This document shows positions 10,094 through 19,659 of a stretch of 64,000 nucleotides of DNA, one piece after another. The translations under genes and the position numbers were made by a program. Source of the stretch: Candidatus Bathyarchaeota archaeon (GTDB lineage Archaea; Thermoproteota; Bathyarchaeia; 40CM-2-53-6); assembly GCA_963726255.1 (NCBI GenBank), contig CAVSBL010000002.1, forward strand, positions 192,001 through 256,000, read 5' to 3'. The notes beneath the pieces were generated by a model. That model did not search any database and had not been told where the DNA came from. It saw nothing but the letters and a program-made list of their open reading frames with translations. Within the stretch, counting starts at the first letter, position 1, and each line of letters begins with the position of its first letter.

Positions 10094-10678
10094 TTAACGC
10101 GATGCTAAAGCCACTCGTTCCATTTCATCTCGCTTTCTTACGGCGAAGCTTCTGTTGTCGCGTTGGGCGGCGTAGGTGATTTCTTCTGCGAGGCATTCAT
10201 CAATAGTCCTAGGGTTGCTGTAGGCTGCTTGGCGCGCGCCGTCAGTCATGAAGCGCAAGGACATGTCGATTCTTCTAAGAGGGGCTATGTCAATGGAGAT
10301 GGGGTAGACAATTCCACCATAAGCTATTCGGGTGACATCCTCCGCCGGGGCTGTATTCTCCACGGCCTTCACGAGAACTTCTACCGGGTTCTTGCCGGTC
10401 TTCAGGCTGATTATGTCAAGCGCGTTTCGAACAATGCCAATTGCTTTGGTCTTCTTACCGCCTACCCTGCCGTGGCGCATCATGTTGTTGACAAGGCGTT
10501 CCACAATGTTGAGGGAGGCCTTTCGAAAGCGTTTATGCTCATGTCGCCCGCCGCTGTGCGGAAAAAGAATGGGTGTGACTGAGAGATATTTCTCGAGGCC
10601 CGGGTCTATAACTTCAATATTATCAGTGCTCCATTTCTCGAAGATCTTGATTTCCGGTGGCTTACGACTCATGGGCAC
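10094..10678 (-). CDS. rpsG: 30S ribosomal protein uS7
   Basis: PHSGGRH, IVERLVN, RTIDECLAEE, ERVALASR archaeal S7 motifs. Confidence 0.97.
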   Translation of the reverse strand: MPMSRKPPEIKIFEKWSTDNIEVIDPGLEKYLSVTPILFPHSGGRHEHKRFRKASLNIVERLVNNMMRHGRVGGKKTKAIGIVRNALDIISLKTGKNPVEVLVKAVENTAPAEDVTRIAYGGIVYPISIDIAPLRRIDMSLRFMTDGARQAAYSNPRTIDECLAEEITYAAQRDNRSFAVRKRDEMERVALASR

Positions 10679-10759
10679 AGACCTGATGTGAACTGAATTT
10701 TCGATAGCCTACAATCGGTCGCCGTATTAAGCGTTAACGATTTGAGGGGAGAACAAAAT

Positions 10760-11085
10760 GGCGATGGCAGCATCCCCGTTGAATTGGCATTCCACGCCCT
10801 AGCGGTTTCTCCAAAACCTCCTAAACTCTGTTATCCCATCAGCGCCTTGGCGCTCGCCTTACGACTGCTCTCTTCCGAGCCTCATCGGGTTCGACGATGA
10901 AGAGATGAATTCTTCCCTTCAGAAGGATTCTCCCCTGCGCTGGCCCGGTGGGGCAGAGTCTCATTGTTGGCTTTGGAAGCCTACTAAGGTTAGGAGATGA
11001 CTCTCCCTCGGGTTAACGGGTCCCCGCGTATAGCCGATTTCGGGTCACAGGGAACGGCTGGCTCCCCGATCCTCCTGCCATCGCC
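10760..11085 (-). ncRNA. ffs: Archaeal signal recognition particle (7S) RNA
   Basis: About 326 nt; ends pair (GGCGATGGCAG / CTGCCATCGCC); helix-8 signature GAACCCGATGAGGCTCGGAAGAGAGCAG; TATA upstream and T-tract downstream. Confidence 0.92.
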
Positions 11086-11108
11086 GGATGATTCTCAACT
11101 TAGTTGTC

Positions 11109-11115
11109 ATATAAA
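11109..11115 (-). promoter_or_regulatory. TATA box of SRP RNA gene
   Basis: TTTATAT about 24-30 nt upstream of the predicted 5' end. Confidence 0.65.
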
Positions 11116-11148
11116 TGCGGCAGTGATGGCGCACGGGGTTGGTTAAGC

Positions 11149-12072
11149 TCAAGCTGCGATGGCTTCGAGCATTATGCATGCTTCGCATAGCTGGTGCGGC
11201 GTTGGGTCGCCGCATTTCTCGCATTGATGCAACTCCAAGAGCGGTACTGTCTCAGCCAATGCGTCCCGTAGCCTCTCGGCGGTCCTTTGCAAGGTGAACT
11301 TGCTTCCCGGATGCTTCTGCTCCAGCTGGTTGAGGAAGGAGCGAATGTCGTTTCTTAGGGCATCATGCCCATGTGGGCATTCGATACTCTGAAATTCAAT
11401 CCCGCTCAAGTATGCGTAGAGAACTACTTCCTTCTCAGGCATGTCGCAAAGGGGCTTGAGCCGCGGAAGGAATTTACCCCTAGGGTCTCGAAGGACTGGG
11501 CCCGAGCGAACAATCCTCATCGGGTCGCCATGCAACATGTTCAGAAGAACCGTCTGTACTTCATCATCCAGGTTATGCGCGGTCGCGATTTTTGTGGCCC
11601 CAATATTAACGGCGGCTTTGTTGATGGCCTTACGCCTAAGTACGCCGCAGAATGAGCACGGGGTCTGACCCATCTTCATTCTTACGATCTCGTCGGTCGT
11701 AACACCGAAGAGTTCACGGTACGATACCACGACGTGTTCGACGTTGAGCTGCCGACAGGCGTTACGAGCGAGTTCGAGGCCCTCATCCCTGTATCCTTCG
11801 ATGCCTTCGTCCACGCTGATGGCGGTGAGATGGCTTTTGGGAAACCGCCCTTCCAACTTCACCAGGACATTGAGCAGAGTTAAGCTGTCTTTGCCACCGG
11901 ACACGGCGACAGCGACATGGTCGTCGTACTCTAGCATGTGGTTGTGTGTGATTGTTTTGCGTACCTTCTCTTCTAGGGCTTGGCGAAAGCACTTGCAGCA
12001 GAAGGAAACGCCTTCATACTGGCGAGTGTAGACCGCGCTTCCTGAACAGAATGTGCAAGTTGCAACTTGCAA
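11149..12072 (-). CDS. tRNA 2-thiolation protein (TtuA/Ncs6/CTU1 family)
   Basis: N- and C-terminal CxxC pairs, SGGKDS PP-loop, PCSFCGVLRR, TAHNLDDE. Confidence 0.92.
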   Translation of the reverse strand: MQVATCTFCSGSAVYTRQYEGVSFCCKCFRQALEEKVRKTITHNHMLEYDDHVAVAVSGGKDSLTLLNVLVKLEGRFPKSHLTAISVDEGIEGYRDEGLELARNACRQLNVEHVVVSYRELFGVTTDEIVRMKMGQTPCSFCGVLRRKAINKAAVNIGATKIATAHNLDDEVQTVLLNMLHGDPMRIVRSGPVLRDPRGKFLPRLKPLCDMPEKEVVLYAYLSGIEFQSIECPHGHDALRNDIRSFLNQLEQKHPGSKFTLQRTAERLRDALAETVPLLELHQCEKCGDPTPHQLCEACIMLEAIAA

Positions 12073-12076
12073 CTGC

Positions 12077-13249
12077 TTAGAACCTCAGGAAACCAAACCT
12101 GAGAAATGAGAACGCAATATTCAGAGCAAGGATGGAGTAAGCTGCGAGATTTGCTGCCGTACGAATTTCCTTCCTTCTACTAACTCCGAATACGTTGAGG
12201 GCTGTATCTAGGAATTTGTCTCCATCGAACGGGTACATGGGAAGCATGTTGATCAATGCGACGCTGACGAGGACGATTGAAAGCCAGAATTCCGCATGCT
12301 GAAGTATTGGAGGAAAGTCGCTTGAAAGGCCTGGGACCTTCGGGTTGTAGACTATGTTGTCTGTCAACCCGCTTATTCCGATGAGGGCATGGCTTGAGTT
12401 GGTTTGGTCCACGCCTGTTGTTACCGGGAAGCTGCCGCGTTGCGTCCCAACAACAATCTCTTGCCCAGGAACCACATTCGACATGTACTGACGTAGGTCA
12501 TTGATGCTCGTGATTCTTGTCCCATTTATGCTGGTCACTACATCACCGTCTTGCAATCCGGAAGAATGCGCGGGGAGGTTCGCCGGGACCGAGCCGATGG
12601 CAACGCCTGTTGAAGCAACGGTGTAGAATGGGGTAATTGTCGCCGAGAAGTTCACCAAAAGAAGAATGCAAAGTACTCCGAGTACGGCGTTTGTGAACGA
12701 ACCTGCCGCGAAGACCCGTAGCTTTGTTATGTCCTTAGCCTGGTTCAATTTCTCCTCGTCGGGTTCAACGAACCCTCCCATCAGTACGTGTGCGAAGAAG
12801 GCACCGGTGGATTTGAGCGGAACGTGGTCGGCAAGGCTCGCAATTCCGTGAGAGAGCTCATGAGTCACCACCACAACCGACAGGGCAAAGACAAGGTACG
12901 GAAAGGTTTCGAAACTCACGAAAACACCGGGGAGTGGGACTATGGGTTGAATCGAGACGGCCTGTTGCGTTCGATAGAAGAGGTTGAGCAGGTTAGTTAC
13001 AAGCTGGTAGAAGATGAAAGCCATTGCGCCTACCACAGTTACGACGCCAATGTTCCAGAAGGTTCGCCAGACCTTGGGCTTTGAATTCGAAATCCTCTCA
13101 ATTACGTTGTTCAACCGTGTCGTTCGGTAAATTATGTAGAATGGTAGGCCAGAGACGCCGAACCTCTCCGCTTTGAACGCCCACCACGCAATGGTAATGA
13201 TGACCCATATCGCGATGTAGACGGCGAAGAAGGAAAAAACGGATGCCAT
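12077..13249 (-). CDS. Site-2 protease (M50) with PDZ domain
   Basis: HELSH, GGFVEPD, NMLPMYPFDG motifs; PDZ-like GLQDGDVVTSING. Confidence 0.92.
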   Translation of the reverse strand: MASVFSFFAVYIAIWVIITIAWWAFKAERFGVSGLPFYIIYRTTRLNNVIERISNSKPKVWRTFWNIGVVTVVGAMAFIFYQLVTNLLNLFYRTQQAVSIQPIVPLPGVFVSFETFPYLVFALSVVVVTHELSHGIASLADHVPLKSTGAFFAHVLMGGFVEPDEEKLNQAKDITKLRVFAAGSFTNAVLGVLCILLLVNFSATITPFYTVASTGVAIGSVPANLPAHSSGLQDGDVVTSINGTRITSINDLRQYMSNVVPGQEIVVGTQRGSFPVTTGVDQTNSSHALIGISGLTDNIVYNPKVPGLSSDFPPILQHAEFWLSIVLVSVALINMLPMYPFDGDKFLDTALNVFGVSRRKEIRTAANLAAYSILALNIAFSFLRFGFLRF

Positions 13250-13306
13250 TCGAATTCTTCGGCAGTGAAATTAGGGTGTTCAACTAAAACCTTTCTGGGG
13301 CGCAAA

Positions 13307-13621
13307 ATGCCGCGAATCATCGTCCTCTCGACATGTGGAAGCACGCAAGAAGCCCGCATGATAGCGCGGGATTTGCTCGAAAGGAAACTTGCTGCTTGTG
13401 TCAACATTCTCCAAGTCAGTTCTTGCTACAGATGGAAGCGAAAGATAGTGAAAGAGCACGAATGGCTGATGATAATCAAAACAAACTCGAAGATTTTCCC
13501 AAAGGTGAAACAGCGAATTCTTGCTCTGCATAGCTATGAGGTACCAGAGGTGGTATCTCTTAAAATCGACAGCGGCTCTCAACCATACCTTGCATGGCTG
13601 GACAGGGAGCTACTTAGCTAA
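13307..13621 (+). CDS. cutA: Divalent-cation tolerance protein CutA
   Basis: KLAACVNI, YRW, HSYEVPE motifs; ATG at 13307. Confidence 0.92.
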   Translation: MPRIIVLSTCGSTQEARMIARDLLERKLAACVNILQVSSCYRWKRKIVKEHEWLMIIKTNSKIFPKVKQRILALHSYEVPEVVSLKIDSGSQPYLAWLDRELLS

Positions 13622-13713
13622 GAGTAGTTTCACGGTTGGAACTTCGGCACTTGGTCGATTTTTTCTTCTGATGTTTGAGAAATTCGGGGAACGCTTAATA
13701 GGCCGCCGCAAAT

Positions 13714-13890
13714 ATGCGCGAGCCCTTAGTCGGGAAAAAACCATTGACGCCGGAAGAAGAAGACAAAGTAGTCGAAGCGCTTGAGGAGTTGCGAATAAAC
13801 TATAACCTTAGACAGTGGCGTGTCTGTTCACTGATATGCGAGTCACTCGCAGACAAGTTCCGTTCAGTAGCTAAGACTGAGAACAAGTAA
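13714..13890 (+). CDS. Small hypothetical protein (58 aa)
   Basis: MREPLVGKKPLTPEEEDKVVEALEELRINYNLRQWRVCSLICESLADKFRSVAKTENK*; fills intergenic gap; CTTAATA TATA-like just upstream. Confidence 0.55.
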   Translation: MREPLVGKKPLTPEEEDKVVEALEELRINYNLRQWRVCSLICESLADKFRSVAKTENK

Positions 13891-13899
13891 CCTGGGCTG

Positions 13900-14178
13900 C
13901 TAGAGTTCCTTCAGCCTCTTGTAGAAATCTATTAACGCCTTAGTTTTCTCTTCGGCTTCGTTAAGCGTAAAAATCTTCATACCTTTATCGAATCTCTCGT
14001 AGAGAATTATCTTCTCCTTAACTAGTGGCTGAACAATTCTGGCGATTGTTGAAGGGGACAAGCCGAGAAGGTTCGCTAGGACTGCCTGGTTGAATACACG
14101 CTGCGCCCCTGCGTTCTCCAAGAAATATTCCAGGAGCTTGACCTGCGCTTTGGATTGGAAGACGTCGCTTAGTTTCAA
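13900..14178 (-). CDS. Winged helix-turn-helix transcriptional regulator
   Basis: NQAVLANLLGLSPSTIARIVQPLVKE HTH followed by wing. Confidence 0.8.
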   Translation of the reverse strand: MKLSDVFQSKAQVKLLEYFLENAGAQRVFNQAVLANLLGLSPSTIARIVQPLVKEKIILYERFDKGMKIFTLNEAEEKTKALIDFYKRLKEL

Positions 14179-14190
14179 GGAGCTGACCGC

Positions 14191-14868
14191 CTAGCCTGGC
14201 ACAACGCGAGTTCCTACCTGTTCGTTCCTTAACGCCCGGGTGACATTTGCTGGGGTTCGACCATCCAGGATTACTGTCGGGATCTTTGAGCGGGCTATGA
14301 TGCGTAGGGCGAGGGGGTCCATGAGGTCGTAGGCGCCGGCCGTCATGTCGGCGTTGGACAGGATTTGTGTTAGTTCGCTGACGGTGACTTCTTCCAGTTT
14401 CTTAGCTTTCTTATCCTTGCTTGGGTCGGTGGTGAAGACGCCTTCAACATTTGTGGCGTTCACGAAGAGCTCTGCACCGACCGTTTCGGCAGCGATTGCA
14501 GCCACTGCGTTGGTCGAGTGGCCAGGTGTGAGTCCGCCCATGGCCACGATTTTTCCGGATGCAAAGTAATGTTTCAACTCGCCGATGTTCACAGGGATTT
14601 CCGGAAAGGCGTACTCCCCCAAACCATCTACCAAGAGCCGTGCGTTCAGCCTGCTTACGAGTATGCCTATTTGATCGCATAGCGATTCCGAGACGCCCAT
14701 GTCACGAGCGGCTTTGATGTATGTGCGAGCGATTCTGCCTCCACCGGTGACAACTACGAGGTCGTATTCCCCAATCAGTTGCTTTAGCAGCTTCACGTAT
14801 TCGTTAACGAGAAGCTTTCCGGGTTCACCTGGAAAGGCGAATCCGCCGAGCTTCACGACCGCTTTCAA
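14191..14868 (-). CDS. pyrH: UMP kinase
   Basis: VVKLGG, VTGGG..AR, PGHSTNAVAA, NVEGVFTTDP. Confidence 0.95.
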   Translation of the reverse strand: MKAVVKLGGFAFPGEPGKLLVNEYVKLLKQLIGEYDLVVVTGGGRIARTYIKAARDMGVSESLCDQIGILVSRLNARLLVDGLGEYAFPEIPVNIGELKHYFASGKIVAMGGLTPGHSTNAVAAIAAETVGAELFVNATNVEGVFTTDPSKDKKAKKLEEVTVSELTQILSNADMTAGAYDLMDPLALRIIARSKIPTVILDGRTPANVTRALRNEQVGTRVVPG

Positions 14869-14982
14869 AATTCAGACCCGTCTTCATACTATTTCCTGGG
14901 TGTTATTTGATTTCTGAAGCTCGGCGTGATTAACCAACCTATATAAAATCCCGAAGGCTACCCATGCGCAAACGTGTTTCCA

Positions 14983-16245
14983 ATGTCGAATACGGCCATT
15001 TCGGATTCTGTGTCCCGTTTTAGGCTGAAACGGACATTGGAAATGCTGGATTCGAAGGAAGGGCGGGGCACCGAGCTCATAAGCCTCTACGTTCCGCCGG
15101 GGCGAAGGATCCACGAGGTGATGGCTAACCTGCGTGAGGAGTACGGTACGGCCTCCAACATCAAATCACGTACAACGCGAAAGAACGTTATGGAGGCGAT
15201 TGAAAGGGTGCAGCAACGCCTGAAACTGTTCAGAGAACCGCCGAAGAATGGGTTGGTTATCTTCTGCGGCGCAATTCCACATGGCGGCCCCGGGACGGAG
15301 AAGATGGAAACCTATGTTCTGGAGCCACCCGAGCCAATCAACGTTTACTTCTACCGATGCGACGCGAAGTTTCACATTGAACCTTTAGTGGAGATGGCTA
15401 CGGAGCGGGATGCTTTCGGGGTCATAGTCATTGATTCCACCGAGGCCGTTGTCGGCATGGTAAGGGGCCAAAGGATGGAGGTTCTGCGGGAATTCACCTC
15501 AGGCATACCGGGCAAGCATCGAGCGGGCGGCCAATCAGCCAGGCGTTTCGAGCGTATCCGGGAGCAGGCTATGAACGATTACTTCAGAAGGGTTGGAACA
15601 CACGCCTACGAGCTGCTAGTTAAGGTTCAGGGTTTGAAAGGCCTGATCATAGGTGGGCCGGGTCCGACGAAGCAGGACTTCGTGGAAGGGGACTACTTGA
15701 ACTACATGCTGAAGGAGAAGATTATGGCCACTGTTGACACGTCCTACGTTGGCGAGCAGGGCGTCGAAGAGATAATTTCCAAGAGCCAAGACGTCCTCAA
15801 AGGCGTCAGGTACCTGGAAGAAAAACGCCTCGTCCAGAAATTCCTCTATGAAATCGGCCATGAAACTGGCCTAGGGGTTTACGGGGAGACCCAGGTTAGA
15901 AAATTCCTGAACGCAGGAATAGTTGAGCTTCTGCTCGTTTCCGAGAAGATGAACATTCTGCACGTCTATACGAAATGTAAGAACTGCGGTGCCGTTGATG
16001 ATTCGCTGATACCGCAAGCAAACCTGGTTAAATTCGAACAGGACCTGATGGGTAGTCCCTGCAAGAAGTGCAACGCAACAGCCCTCTACATTGAGAATAC
16101 CAAAGATCTGGTTGACGAACTTATCGAGATTGCGGAGAAACAGAACGCCAACATCGCTGTTATATCGACCGAAACCAATGAGGGTGTGATGTTGAAGGAT
16201 TCCTTTGGTGGAATCGCCGCGATCCTTCGCTACAAAGCGTCTTAA
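14983..16245 (+). CDS. prf1: Peptide chain release factor aRF1
   Basis: GTELISLY, ASNIKS, GGQSARRF; Zn-ribbon insert in domain 3. Confidence 0.97.
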   Translation: MSNTAISDSVSRFRLKRTLEMLDSKEGRGTELISLYVPPGRRIHEVMANLREEYGTASNIKSRTTRKNVMEAIERVQQRLKLFREPPKNGLVIFCGAIPHGGPGTEKMETYVLEPPEPINVYFYRCDAKFHIEPLVEMATERDAFGVIVIDSTEAVVGMVRGQRMEVLREFTSGIPGKHRAGGQSARRFERIREQAMNDYFRRVGTHAYELLVKVQGLKGLIIGGPGPTKQDFVEGDYLNYMLKEKIMATVDTSYVGEQGVEEIISKSQDVLKGVRYLEEKRLVQKFLYEIGHETGLGVYGETQVRKFLNAGIVELLLVSEKMNILHVYTKCKNCGAVDDSLIPQANLVKFEQDLMGSPCKKCNATALYIENTKDLVDELIEIAEKQNANIAVISTETNEGVMLKDSFGGIAAILRYKAS

Positions 16246-17444
16246 GTGAAGCGTACCGAAGGGAATTCGCGCCTCAAACGTCGGACTTCCTTTCTGACCT
16301 TACTTGGGTCTTCGTTTCCAATCCACACTCGTGAAATCAATTCAGCTATTTCACCCATCTGGGTCTCGCGCATGCCCCGTCGCGTTTCCTCACTCGTCCC
16401 AACCCTTATTCCTACGTCGACGATGATGTTCGCCTCTTCAAGTTTCCTAGCCAAGCGGAAGCCCTCGGCTTCGGATGGCACGTCGACTACGACCTGGTGG
16501 GATTGGGTGAACCCAAGTTCCTTTCCAAGCAGCCTGACGCCGTGTTCATCCAGGGCTTTTGCGAGTGCTTTGCTGTTGCGCACTACCTGCTGTGCATAAC
16601 GTCTGCCAAACCTTTTCATTTCGTTGAGGGCAACCTGAAGCGCCGCGATCCGGTTCCAGTGGGCGTTGTCCACGATGGCTGGATGAACAGCATCCCGGAG
16701 TTTTTCCTCGTACGCGTTTGAGAGGATGATTCCGCCCTGTGGGCCGAAGAAACTCTTGTGTGTAGAACCAATCAGAACCTCCGCACCCTCTCGAAGCGGA
16801 TCCTGGAACTGGCCACCCGCAATCAGCCCTAGCACGTGGGAGCCGTCGAAGACGACCTTTGCGCCAACCTGCTGACAGACTCCGGTCAGCGCTCTGACGG
16901 GGTGTGGAAAGAGGATCATACTGGCTCCGAAGACTACGACGCTGGGTCGTTCCTGCTCTATAGCGGTGTTTGCTCGTTCCGCGTCGATATTGAAGATTCG
17001 TCTGTTGAAAGGAAATTCAAGAACTTGCAGCTGGTAGATTTTCGGATAACCCTCACTTGAGATGCCTGGATATCCACCGTTGTCCTTTCCCACCACCATG
17101 ATCTTGTCTCCACGGTTTGCCAACGCGGTTAGGGCGATCATGTCTGCGGAGTGGCCTGAGATTGGCCTAACATCCGCGTACTTGGCCCCGAAGACCTCTT
17201 TCGCGAGGTCCTCGGTTTCGGCCTGTATCTGGTCAGTGTACCTTGTTCCCATGTAGTAGTGTTCGTGGGACGTGTACCTATTTGCGAGGTCGCAGCTGAG
17301 CATCTGGCGTACTGCGGGGCTGGAGAAGTTCTCTGAAGGAAGTAGGTTTAGGCAGCTTTTCACTCGCCAATCTTCATGTTGACGGAGGAGCTTCTTCAGA
17401 GAGGATGGGACGGGGGCTCTTCCTGTGGTGGCATGGCGTTTCAA
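16242..17444 (-). CDS. glyA: Serine hydroxymethyltransferase
   Basis: LNLLPSEN, DGSHVLGL, GSTHKSFFGPQGG PLP-lysine motif. Confidence 0.95.
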   Translation of the reverse strand: MKRHATTGRAPVPSSLKKLLRQHEDWRVKSCLNLLPSENFSSPAVRQMLSCDLANRYTSHEHYYMGTRYTDQIQAETEDLAKEVFGAKYADVRPISGHSADMIALTALANRGDKIMVVGKDNGGYPGISSEGYPKIYQLQVLEFPFNRRIFNIDAERANTAIEQERPSVVVFGASMILFPHPVRALTGVCQQVGAKVVFDGSHVLGLIAGGQFQDPLREGAEVLIGSTHKSFFGPQGGIILSNAYEEKLRDAVHPAIVDNAHWNRIAALQVALNEMKRFGRRYAQQVVRNSKALAKALDEHGVRLLGKELGFTQSHQVVVDVPSEAEGFRLARKLEEANIIVDVGIRVGTSEETRRGMRETQMGEIAELISRVWIGNEDPSKVRKEVRRLRREFPSVRFT

Positions 17445-17485
17445 CGAAGCATTCCCAACACGGTGAGATGCAGTCGCCCCGCTGA

Positions 17486-17887
17486 TCAGACTCGTCTGCC
17501 GCGTCGACCGCCGGGCCGGCGTGTACCGTCATGGGGGATCGGTGTGACGTCCTCGATTCTGCCGATCCTGAACCCTGATCGGGCAAGCATTCTAATCGCC
17601 GCTTGCGCACCTGGGCCTGGGGTTCTCGCTTTGTGCCCACCGGGGGCCCTAACTCTGATGTGGAGGGATGTGATTCCTCTGTCTTTCGCTACCCGGGATG
17701 CTGCAGCGGCAGCTTGCATTGCAGCGTAAGGGGACCCTTGGAGACGGTCCGCCTTCACATGCTGTCCCCCTGCGCTTCGGGATATGGTTTCAGCGCCGCT
17801 GAGGTCGGTTATGTGGACTAGGGTATTGTTGAATGATGAATAGATGTTGGCTATGCCCCAGCGTTGAGGTATTTTCTTCTCGGACAG
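17486..17887 (-). CDS. rpsK: 30S ribosomal protein uS11 (apparent CTG start)
   Basis: Frame extends upstream of the ORF call: (M)[33 protein letters not shown]...SPYAAM...PGPGAQ...DVTPIPHDG...GGRRGRRV. Confidence 0.95.
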   Translation of the reverse strand: MSEKKIPQRWGIANIYSSFNNTLVHITDLSGAETISRSAGGQHVKADRLQGSPYAAMQAAAAASRVAKDRGITSLHIRVRAPGGHKARTPGPGAQAAIRMLARSGFRIGRIEDVTPIPHDGTRRPGGRRGRRV

Positions 17888-18026
17888 TGGTCACACATCC
17901 ACGTGAACTTTCGAAGTTGGTCAACCCAGTTCGCCATATTTAACTTTGGGGCGAATAAACTGAAGGAATTCTGAGAAGTTTTTGTGGTGGAGCTGGACGA
18001 TAGGCGAATTAGAATTTGAAGGAAGG

Positions 18027-19115
18027 TTAGAGCTGAACACTGTACCGCGCCGGCTGTCCACTTAGGACCCTAGTGAACTCTTCAACGACCTTCCTCTGCT
18101 TCTCCTTAATTGAACGCTCCGAATAGAACGCACTGTGTGGCGAAACTATGATGTTGGGTAAAGTGAACAGTGGATCTGAAGGGCTTGGCGGTTCCTCCTC
18201 AAGGACGTCTAATGCGGCGCCTGCGATCCAACCCTCCTTTACTGCTCTATAGACAGCCTGCTGGTCAACAACTTTCCCACGGCAAGTGTTTACGAGGTAA
18301 GCTGTCTTCTTCATTATGCGTAGCTGCGGTTCCCCGATCATATGGTAAGTTTCTGGAGTTAGAGGGACCTCAAGGTTCACAACGTCACTCTCCTTAAGCA
18401 GAGTCCCGAGGTCTACTGCTTCAGCGCCGAAGATTTTCTCGCACCCTAGCGGGATGTATGGGTCGCATTCTAAGACCCGCATCCCAAACGCGTGCGCTCG
18501 CAGTGCGACGACTGAGCCTATCCGCCCAAGCCCGATGATTCCAATCACACTGTCCCGCAGAGCCTTCGTGGGCCTGAGGCGAGGCCAATCCCAAATCCCA
18601 CTTTTCACATCAGAATTTCCCTGGAACAGTTTCCTCATGAGCGCAAGCGCCATTGTTACAGCGTGGTCCGCTACCTCTTCTACGCAGTAGTCAGGCATGT
18701 TCGAAACGCTGATTCCACGTCTCTGTGCGGCCGCAATATCGACGTAGTCGTAGCCGGTACTGTAAAGTACGATGGCTTTGCACTTCGGCAGCTGATCAAT
18801 CGTATTTCCATCTATGGGCAATAGGTCTACGAATACCCCGTCGGCGTCCTTTGCGATCTTAACCAGTTCATCGCCATTGTTGCAAGCTTTCATAACTACA
18901 TCAAAATGCTCAGCGAGCATGTCGCGCAATTCTTCGGTGGATTCGTCCACAGAACCCATGGCTATCTTCAACCGAGAAGGACTCGTTCCTCTCACCACAT
19001 GCCGCTCTTCTACAGAGACGCCTATCAGCGTTGTTATGACAGCAATCGTGTCTGCGCCGAGGGCATGGGCAAGTCTTATCAAAACTTCAAGCGCACGGTT
19101 CTGACAAAACCGCAT
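18027..19115 (-). CDS. D-2-hydroxyacid dehydrogenase (CtBP-like)
   Basis: PDYCVEEVADH, GIIGLGRIG, NTCRG, ALDVLEEEP, SPHSAFYS; real start probably downstream of 19115. Confidence 0.9.
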   Translation of the reverse strand: MRFCQNRALEVLIRLAHALGADTIAVITTLIGVSVEERHVVRGTSPSRLKIAMGSVDESTEELRDMLAEHFDVVMKACNNGDELVKIAKDADGVFVDLLPIDGNTIDQLPKCKAIVLYSTGYDYVDIAAAQRRGISVSNMPDYCVEEVADHAVTMALALMRKLFQGNSDVKSGIWDWPRLRPTKALRDSVIGIIGLGRIGSVVALRAHAFGMRVLECDPYIPLGCEKIFGAEAVDLGTLLKESDVVNLEVPLTPETYHMIGEPQLRIMKKTAYLVNTCRGKVVDQQAVYRAVKEGWIAGAALDVLEEEPPSPSDPLFTLPNIIVSPHSAFYSERSIKEKQRKVVEEFTRVLSGQPARYSVQL

Positions 19116-19172
19116 ACGTAATTAACTTTCCTCGGACGTAGGCTAATTGAAACATGGGCAGATGGCCTTCCC

Positions 19173-19652
19173 TTGAAGAATTTGCGAATCCGGCCTGCAT
19201 CGCCATCAGACCTTCCGGGCATTTGCCTGATCGAAGATAATTCATTCTCTGACCCATATCCCCCCTACCTCCTAGAGAGACTGTTGCAGGAAATTGGGAA
19301 GGGCTTCTTAGTGGCAGAGGAAGCGCCTGACAAACTGGTCGGATATTGTGTGTCATCTATAGAAGGAAGAATGGCCCACCTGATTTCAATCGCCGTTCTG
19401 ACAAAGAGTCGCAGGAAGGGCGTGGCGACATCGCTAGTACGGGACCTCATCGAATACTTACAAGCGCACAGGGTCGATGAGCTCTGGCTTGAAGTGAAAC
19501 AAGGGAACAAGGAGGCCATCAAACTCTACGAGAAATTCGGGTTTGCAAAGGTCATGATTTTGGAAAATTACTATTCAGACGGTTCACCAGCTCTCCGGAT
19601 GCGAACGAGCTTGAGAAAACAGGTTCTGAAGGTCAAACGTAACAAAAGGTAA
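19173..19652 (+). CDS. rimI: N-terminal acetyltransferase (RimI/Ard1 family)
   Basis: HLISIAV..RRKGVA, LEV..N..AIKLYEKFGF, YYSDG. Confidence 0.9.
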   Translation: MKNLRIRPASPSDLPGICLIEDNSFSDPYPPYLLERLLQEIGKGFLVAEEAPDKLVGYCVSSIEGRMAHLISIAVLTKSRRKGVATSLVRDLIEYLQAHRVDELWLEVKQGNKEAIKLYEKFGFAKVMILENYYSDGSPALRMRTSLRKQVLKVKRNKR

Positions 19653-19659
19653 TTGCCTA

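Noticed and set aside
10760-11085. RNase P RNA
   Set aside because: No GAGGAAAGUCC-type P4 motif; the SRP helix-8 signature is present instead
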